Shown: positions 57,940 through 64,000 of the stretch, piece by piece
Layout: each line of letters starts with the position of its first letter
Position numbering within the stretch: position 1 is the first letter of the stretch
NCBI GenBank assembly: GCA_050294405.1
Contig: JBNKOC010000009.1
Location: 64,001-128,000, forward strand
Direction of reading: 5' to 3'
DNA length: 64,000 nucleotides
DNA from: Fibrobacteria bacterium
Lineage (GTDB): Bacteria > Fibrobacterota > Fibrobacteria > UBA11236 > JADFYW01
Position numbers and translations under genes: made by a program
Notes under the pieces: model-generated
Databases searched by the model: none
Told to the model about the DNA's origin: nothing
The model's input: the letters and a program-made list of their open reading frames with translations, nothing else

Positions 57940-58965
57940 TTAACAAAAATCGGGATGGAAGGAACCATCCAATGGAAGATAAGGTAAAACCTTGTGCACT
58001 TTGGGCAGGTTGTTTTGATTGGCTCGCAACTGGGCGATGCCGGCAATCATGGCTCCGTTGTCGGTACAAAGTGAAAAAGCTGGTACCACCACTTTGAATC
58101 CATTTTTTTGTCCCTCTTCCATTAAGCGGTTGCGCAAGAACTTATTGGCGCTCACTCCACCGCATATAACTAGAGTTTGATGGCCTGTGGACTTCACTGC
58201 ATTCACAGATTTTTTTACCAATACTTCTACAATGGCAGACTCCACACTGGCGCAAATATCATTTAGGTGTTTTTGTTTGTAATCTTCGCCAATGCCGTTG
58301 ATGTAATTAAGAAAAGAGGTTTTAAGGCCGCTAAAAGAAAATTCAAAGTTTCCGGAGTGCTCCAGACCACGGGGAAAGGCCACAAAGTTTCTGTCCCCTG
58401 TTTCGGCATGTTTTGAAATTAAAGGACCTGCCGGGTAACCAAGGCCCAATATTTTTCCACATTTGTCGAAGGCTTCGCCGGAAGCATCGTCTCTGGTTTT
58501 ACCTAATATTTCATATTCGAAATTTTCTTTCGCCACGCAAAGTTCTGTATGTCCCCCAGAAACCGTAAGGCACACAAATGGCGTTGCTAAATCTTTGTCG
58601 GATAAATAGGCTGCGGCCAAATGGCCTTCCAGATGATTGATTCCGTACGCTGTTTTATTTAAGGATTTAGCCAACCCCCGTGCAAAAGAGGCTCCAACCA
58701 AAAGAGCGCCCACCAGCCCGGGGCCTCGGGTAAAGGCTATTTGGTCCACCTGGCTCATATCCAGCTTCGCTTCCTCAAGGGCGCTGCGGACTATGGGAGA
58801 GATTTTTTCTAAATGAGCTCTGGATGCTATTTCAGGAACCACCCCGCCGTAAACTTTGTGGTGTTCGGTTTGGGTATAAATTTTGTTTGCTAAAACCTCT
58901 AGTTTGTCGTTTACAATTCCGCAGGAGGTTTCATCACAAGAAGTTTCTATGCCAAGGGTAATCAT
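57940..58965 (-). CDS. tsaD: tRNA threonylcarbamoyladenosine biosynthesis protein
   Basis: LGIETSCDET, GGVVPEIASRAH, NHLEGH, VSGGHT, FSFSGLKT, CTDNGAMI. Confidence 0.96.
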   Translation of the reverse strand: MITLGIETSCDETSCGIVNDKLEVLANKIYTQTEHHKVYGGVVPEIASRAHLEKISPIVRSALEEAKLDMSQVDQIAFTRGPGLVGALLVGASFARGLAKSLNKTAYGINHLEGHLAAAYLSDKDLATPFVCLTVSGGHTELCVAKENFEYEILGKTRDDASGEAFDKCGKILGLGYPAGPLISKHAETGDRNFVAFPRGLEHSGNFEFSFSGLKTSFLNYINGIGEDYKQKHLNDICASVESAIVEVLVKKSVNAVKSTGHQTLVICGGVSANKFLRNRLMEEGQKNGFKVVVPAFSLCTDNGAMIAGIAQLRANQNNLPKVHKVLPYLPLDGSFHPDFC

Positions 58966-59125
58966 AGCTGCCTTTTAAAAATACTCAATGCAACCATAGA
59001 TTAAGTATTGTCCCCCATTTTATCAACAGGCTAGTTTAAAATAACCTCCATTTAAATGCAGCCATTAAACCACATGGGAAAGAATTTTTCCCAATGGGCT
59101 TAAAAAACTACTTTGTGGGCATTCC

Positions 59126-59995
59126 ATGAAGAACCAAATATTCTTTTTAATTGCTGAAGGCTTAAGAGGGTTTAAAAACTCCCGGGATGGTTTGCTGGCA
59201 GCCATATTTACCATAGCCATATGCACCGCCGTTTTAGGCTTGGTTTCCATTTCCCTGCAAACTTTTTACAGTCAATTTGCCTCCATTGAAATCGACCGCA
59301 GTCTTAGGGTATTTGTCTTACCCAGTCATGAGGATGAAGATTCGCTTTTGAATCTGGAAAATAAAATTATGCAGCTGGGGTTTATTGATTCGGCTCAGCT
59401 GGTGTCTAAAGAAGAGGCAATGGAAGAATTCAAGAAGGACTTTAATCCCGAACTATTGGCCAGCCTTCCCTATAACCCCTTGCCTCCCAGTTTTATTGTG
59501 TACCCCAACAGCCATTACGAATCTGCAGCCCGCCACGAGAGTTTAAGAAATAATTTGCAGACTTTGGAGGGAGTGGAAACTGTTTCCCAAAGCAACATAT
59601 ATCTGGCCTGGATGGAAAAATGGAAAGTACCCGTAATGGGCAGTTGTTTGTTAGTGGGCCTTTTTGTGTTGGTGTCTCTGGGGCTTATTATATCCAACTC
59701 CGTGAAACTGAATTTGTACGCCCGGAAAAAACTGGTAGATAACATGAAGTACTGCGGGGCTTCGGAAATTTTTATTGTAATTCCTTTTATGGTGGAAGGC
59801 TTGTTTTTAGGATTAATGGGAAGTTTGCTGGGCATTATTTTCTGCCTTTTGGTATTGTCCGGGGTGGAAGGCCTTTTGGCAAATAGTTTTGAGCTGGAAT
59901 ACTACAAGCCCATTTTATATGTATTGCTGCTTTGCGGCTTATTAACTTCTCTGGCTTCTTTTCGTACGGTTAAGAAATTTCTCCAACTGGTGTAA
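59126..59995 (+). CDS. ftsX: Cell division permease FtsX
   Basis: Four TM segments; VSKEEA, NPLPPS, MKYCGA..PFMVEG; upstream of envC. Confidence 0.88.
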   Translation: MKNQIFFLIAEGLRGFKNSRDGLLAAIFTIAICTAVLGLVSISLQTFYSQFASIEIDRSLRVFVLPSHEDEDSLLNLENKIMQLGFIDSAQLVSKEEAMEEFKKDFNPELLASLPYNPLPPSFIVYPNSHYESAARHESLRNNLQTLEGVETVSQSNIYLAWMEKWKVPVMGSCLLVGLFVLVSLGLIISNSVKLNLYARKKLVDNMKYCGASEIFIVIPFMVEGLFLGLMGSLLGIIFCLLVLSGVEGLLANSFELEYYKPILYVLLLCGLLTSLASFRTVKKFLQLV

Positions 59996-61176
59996 TGTTG
60001 TTGGTAAAAAAAATTAGTCTGTCCCTTTTTTTATCTTCCTCTTTATTAATTCCAGCCCTTTGCTTTGGGATAAATTACCAGGAACAAATCCAGGAGCAAA
60101 AAAAAGAACTGGAAGAAATGAAAAAACAACTTTCCGCGGAAAAGGAGGAGTTGCAGCAGCTCATTAAAAAACAAAGCAATGTATTAAAGCAAACCGAGCA
60201 AATTGAACAAAACATAACCCTGGCCGAACGCTATATTAAAAAGCTAAATGAAACCCAGAATATGTTGCAGGAGTCTGCCGAAAAAACCGAGCAGGAATTG
60301 CACCGTTTGCAGGAAAACCTGCATAGCCAATACGAAAGCATGTCCAAACGGGTGCGGGATTGGTATATATCCGGACGTTCTAAAAATTTAAACATGTGGT
60401 TTAACCGTGAAGGGGAATTGGACCTTTGGCGTGGAACTTATTACTTACATCGCCTGGTGGGTTATGATAATTTTCTGGTTTCTCAAATACAGGAAAAAAA
60501 ACAAGCCGAAACCAATATGTATCTGGAATACCAGAATCGGCTGGAGGAAATGCAGGAATTCAAAAGCCATAAAGCTGACGAAGTTTCAAAATTTGAAAAA
60601 GAAAAAAAAGGGCTGTTAAAAACATCCGCCAAATTAAAAAACGATGAGTCCGCCAAAAGAAAGGCTCTGGAGGAAATGGAAAAAAACGCCATAGCCATTT
60701 CCAAAATCATTAAAACTCTGGAGCAAAAAAGACAGGAAGAACTAAAGAAAAAGAAAAAGCCGAAAACTCTGGATAAAAAAGGCAAAGGCTGCCAGCCGGT
60801 TAATGGGCCCATAACATCCAAGTTCGGATTAAAATACCACGCCACCTTAAAAACCAGTACTAAAAATTTAGGAGTGGAATACTTGGGAGAAGCTGGAGAG
60901 GCAGTAGTTGCCGCAGCTGGAGGAGAGGTTGTTTATGTGGACAGAATCCCCGGGTACGGCAGAGGCATTATTATTTATAACGGTTCTGGTTATTATAACA
61001 TTTACGGGAATATTGAAAATATAAAGGTTAAAGTTGGGGATATGGTTAAAGGTTGCAGCGAAATTGCCAGAATAAGTGCGAAAAAAAATAAATTATCCCG
61101 TCAAATATATTTTGAAGTGCGCAAAGAGAAGAATCCTATCGACCCTGTGGAATGGCTGAAAACTATGATAAATTAA
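59995..61176 (+). CDS. envC: Murein hydrolase activator EnvC (coiled coil plus degenerate M23 domain)
   Basis: Long coiled coil; PVNGPITSKFG, GEVVY, YFEVR..PIDP. Confidence 0.85.
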   Translation: MLLVKKISLSLFLSSSLLIPALCFGINYQEQIQEQKKELEEMKKQLSAEKEELQQLIKKQSNVLKQTEQIEQNITLAERYIKKLNETQNMLQESAEKTEQELHRLQENLHSQYESMSKRVRDWYISGRSKNLNMWFNREGELDLWRGTYYLHRLVGYDNFLVSQIQEKKQAETNMYLEYQNRLEEMQEFKSHKADEVSKFEKEKKGLLKTSAKLKNDESAKRKALEEMEKNAIAISKIIKTLEQKRQEELKKKKKPKTLDKKGKGCQPVNGPITSKFGLKYHATLKTSTKNLGVEYLGEAGEAVVAAAGGEVVYVDRIPGYGRGIIIYNGSGYYNIYGNIENIKVKVGDMVKGCSEIARISAKKNKLSRQIYFEVRKEKNPIDPVEWLKTMIN

Positions 61177-61180
61177 CTTT

Positions 61181-62257
61181 ATGGAAATTAGTTTTAGCCG
61201 AACTTTTGAGCAGACTCATGCTAAAAAATTTTTGAGAGGTCCTTTAGAAAGGGGGCAGTTTCCAAGTTCCTTGCTTATTTCTGGTAAATCTGGCCTTGGG
61301 CAAGAGGCTCTGGCTTTGGATTTAGTCCAGGCTCTTTTGTGCGAAAGCAGTGAAAAAAAATCCTGCGGCCTGTGCCGTTCCTGCAAAGACTTTGTAAATG
61401 GCAATCAAGCTCAAGTGCAATGGCTGTTTCCTTTGGCTAAATCTTTTCAAAAAACTAAAGAGAGCCGAATGGAAGGTTTGGAAAAACAACTTTCAACATT
61501 ATTGCAAAATCCATATGAATTTTCGGCTTCCCGTTTGGAAAACCTTTCCATTGAACAGATTCGGGATTTAAAAGAAAGTCTGGGTTACGCTCTGGAAAAA
61601 GGCAAAAAAAGGGTGATGGTTTTGTTTTTTGCGGAGTACATGTTAGAGCCTGCGGCGAATTCATTGCTTAAAATTTTAGAGGAACCTCCTTCAGACAGTT
61701 TTTTTATTTTAACCTCGTCAGATAAAAAGAGGCTTTTGCCAACTATTTTATCCCGATGTATACATTTACCTTTGGAAGAACTGGAAAAAAAACAATTGGA
61801 AGTTTTTGCAGACAAGCTTTCCCCGGATATAAAGGAAAATTGTCGGGTATGGGTTGATGTAAGTGGAGGCAGTCCTGGGGAGTTGATAAAAAATGCTCAA
61901 TATGGACCGCAACTCCTCCAACTCGCCCTGGAATTTCTGGCGCTAAGTCTGGAGGATAATTGGGAGAAGTTGTTGGAGTTTGTAGAAAGCCATCAGGAGT
62001 TTAACGAAATGGATAGCGCACTGGTATTGTTAAAAACTTCATTAAGCGTATACAGGCAGATATATCTGAAAAAGTCTATTTTCGTACCTGGGGTCGTATC
62101 CTTAAGCCTTGACCAAAAAATTGCCGAGCAGGAAATGCCGGAACAGCTTTTTTCTTTTTTACAAAACTCTCTGGAAAATATTTCCAGGTATTCCAAACCC
62201 TCTGTGGCCATTATTGGCAATTACATGAAGTGGATGGATAAGGGGGTAATGGTTTAA
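61181..62257 (+). CDS. holB: DNA polymerase III delta-prime subunit
   Basis: CGLCRSC, AANSLLKILEEPP, LLPTILSRC. Confidence 0.88.
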   Translation: MEISFSRTFEQTHAKKFLRGPLERGQFPSSLLISGKSGLGQEALALDLVQALLCESSEKKSCGLCRSCKDFVNGNQAQVQWLFPLAKSFQKTKESRMEGLEKQLSTLLQNPYEFSASRLENLSIEQIRDLKESLGYALEKGKKRVMVLFFAEYMLEPAANSLLKILEEPPSDSFFILTSSDKKRLLPTILSRCIHLPLEELEKKQLEVFADKLSPDIKENCRVWVDVSGGSPGELIKNAQYGPQLLQLALEFLALSLEDNWEKLLEFVESHQEFNEMDSALVLLKTSLSVYRQIYLKKSIFVPGVVSLSLDQKIAEQEMPEQLFSFLQNSLENISRYSKPSVAIIGNYMKWMDKGVMV

Positions 62258-63972
62258 TGTCAAATCCAGTTGTGTTTAAATATCCCAGCATTAGCGCTCC
62301 TGAAATTAATGAAGAAAAGCGGCACAAGGCAAAAACATTTTCGAAACTTTTAAATAGCCCCATGTTTGTAGCTGAAATATTACACCAGCGGGGAATTCAT
62401 GAAGTGGATGAGGCAAGGGATTATTTCCTGGCTAGAATGGAAGAATATCCGGAAAACGGCTCTCTTAAAAATTTTGATGAAATAATTGCTCGTTTGTTGT
62501 TAATACAGGAACGCCAAAAATCTGTGGTGATACATGGCGACTACGATGTGGACGGCATCGCTGGTTCGGCTCTATTGTACAGAGCCTTAAAACTTTGCGG
62601 ATTTAAAGTGGATTGGTTTTTGCCTAACCGTTTTGAAGATGGCTACGGACTTTCTCTGCATAACATGGACAAACTAAGGGAAAAAGGCTGTGACTGGATT
62701 ATTAGCGTGGATACCGGTATCACTGCCGTTGCAGAAGTAGAGCGGGCCCAGGAGTTGGGTATGGGAGTCATTATTACGGACCACCATCAGGCCGCAGAAA
62801 CTCTCCCCGATACTCCTTTTATTTTAAATCCCAACCAACCTGGCTGCGCCTATCCCAATAAAGGACTATGCGGGGCCGGGCTTGCTTATAAAGTGGCCGA
62901 AGAGCTGATTCGAAAAATAAAGGGCCAGGGCGCAGAGGGCCTTTTAGATTTAGTGGCCATCGCGAGCCTTGCGGACATTGCCCCTATGGTAGGAGAGAAT
63001 CGCACTTTGGTTCGCCGCGGTTTGCGTAATTTGCAATACACCCAAAATATGGGGTTAAAAGCCTTGCTCATTAAAAGCGGGTTGTACGGCTCAGATGGCC
63101 TTTTAGCTAGCGATGTATTGTTTAAGCTTACCCCTCTTTTAAATTCAGCAGGCAGGCTGGACAGCCCTGAGATTGCCATGAAGCTTTTGATAACATCCGA
63201 TGCCAGAGAAGCCAAGCAGTTGGCCGAACAGCTTTGGGATTTGAATCAGCAAAGAAAACAACTGGATTTACAAGTATTTGAAGAGGCCTCTCAATTTGGA
63301 ATGGAGCAAACAGGCAATGCAGCCATAATCGCCCGCTCTAAAGATTGGCATGAAGGTGTAATCGGTATATCCGCCGCGCGATTGGTGGACAAATACCGAA
63401 AGCCCTCTCTGGTCATGTCCATAACAGATGGAGTTGCTAAAGGCTCCGGCCGTTCTATTCCCGGAATCAATTTACATCAGGCTCTGTCCAAATGTTCTCA
63501 ATATCTGGACAAATGGGGAGGCCATTACATGGCTTGCGGTTTTACCCTTGCCGAAGAAAAAATTGAGGCTTTTTCCGAATCTTTTCAACAAGCTGTTTTT
63601 GAAATGGGCAAAGAGCTGGAAGAATTCAAAATAAAGCCCCATGTGGAAGTAGGGCTTCACGAGGTGACTGAAGAATCTCTTATTTGGCTAAAGCGCATGG
63701 AGCCTACAGGCCCCAAAAATGAACCCGTTTTGTTTTACAGCAAAGATTTGTATACCGCCGGAGAAATTCGCATTGTCGGCGAAAAACATTTAAAGTTTAA
63801 TGTTAGCAATGGAACTCGTAGATTTGACGCCATTGCCTTTGGTTATGGAGATATGTACGAGGAACTTTTGCAGGCCGAAAAAATAAATTTGGCCTATCAC
63901 ATGGAAGTTAATGAGTTTCAAGGCGTCCGCAGGCTTCAGTTAAGAGTGGTGGCCTTGGAATGTATAGCATAA
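62257..63972 (+). CDS. recJ: Single-stranded DNA exonuclease RecJ
   Basis: HGDYDVDG, PNRFEDGYG, VDTG, TDHH, LNSAGRL, KGSGRS, GGH. Confidence 0.96.
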   Translation: MSNPVVFKYPSISAPEINEEKRHKAKTFSKLLNSPMFVAEILHQRGIHEVDEARDYFLARMEEYPENGSLKNFDEIIARLLLIQERQKSVVIHGDYDVDGIAGSALLYRALKLCGFKVDWFLPNRFEDGYGLSLHNMDKLREKGCDWIISVDTGITAVAEVERAQELGMGVIITDHHQAAETLPDTPFILNPNQPGCAYPNKGLCGAGLAYKVAEELIRKIKGQGAEGLLDLVAIASLADIAPMVGENRTLVRRGLRNLQYTQNMGLKALLIKSGLYGSDGLLASDVLFKLTPLLNSAGRLDSPEIAMKLLITSDAREAKQLAEQLWDLNQQRKQLDLQVFEEASQFGMEQTGNAAIIARSKDWHEGVIGISAARLVDKYRKPSLVMSITDGVAKGSGRSIPGINLHQALSKCSQYLDKWGGHYMACGFTLAEEKIEAFSESFQQAVFEMGKELEEFKIKPHVEVGLHEVTEESLIWLKRMEPTGPKNEPVLFYSKDLYTAGEIRIVGEKHLKFNVSNGTRRFDAIAFGYGDMYEELLQAEKINLAYHMEVNEFQGVRRLQLRVVALECIA

Positions 63973-64000
63973 GCTTAAGGAAATAAAAAAATGGCCGATA

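Noticed and set aside
1..64000. CRISPR array, rRNA, IS transposase or reverse transcriptase
   Set aside because: No regularly spaced repeats, rRNA-like tracts or corresponding protein motifs seen by eye

Overview
Bacterial chromosomal window, probably from a flagellated Fibrobacterota member (inferred from a TIGR02147-like gene, secreted proteins with T9SS-like C-terminal tails and a sigma-28 flagellin). The main accessory feature is a ~7.0 kb AT-rich integrative element (4093..11134) inserted in the 3' end of tRNA-Pro(CGG) and bounded by a perfect 26-bp direct repeat. It carries a tyrosine integrase, an AlpA/Xis-like gene, a DUF4373-like replication gene, a small-terminase-like gene, two XRE regulators, an ImmA/IrrE peptidase, an HNH nuclease, a HEPN-like gene and a PEP-CTERM protein, so it resembles a phage satellite. 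The att core lies inside the integrase frame: excision would replace an 11-aa tail with an in-frame 83-aa tail found at the other end of the element. A second, Ala/tmRNA-type att-like core follows that tail. Other notable items are an ebo-like cluster (eboE, eboF) whose cyclase looks like 2-deoxy-scyllo-inosose synthase rather than EboD, a Phe-rich leader-peptide attenuator upstream of DAHP synthase, and a carbohydrate-related block (GH10, GH84, GH26, MFS, LamG lipoprotein, beta-propeller, DUF1080). The right third is housekeeping (cheY, gmhA, gyrA, surE, hisS, queF, serC, dnaE, flagellin, tsaD, ftsX, envC, holB, recJ). All family calls are by motif recognition only; no database searches were run.
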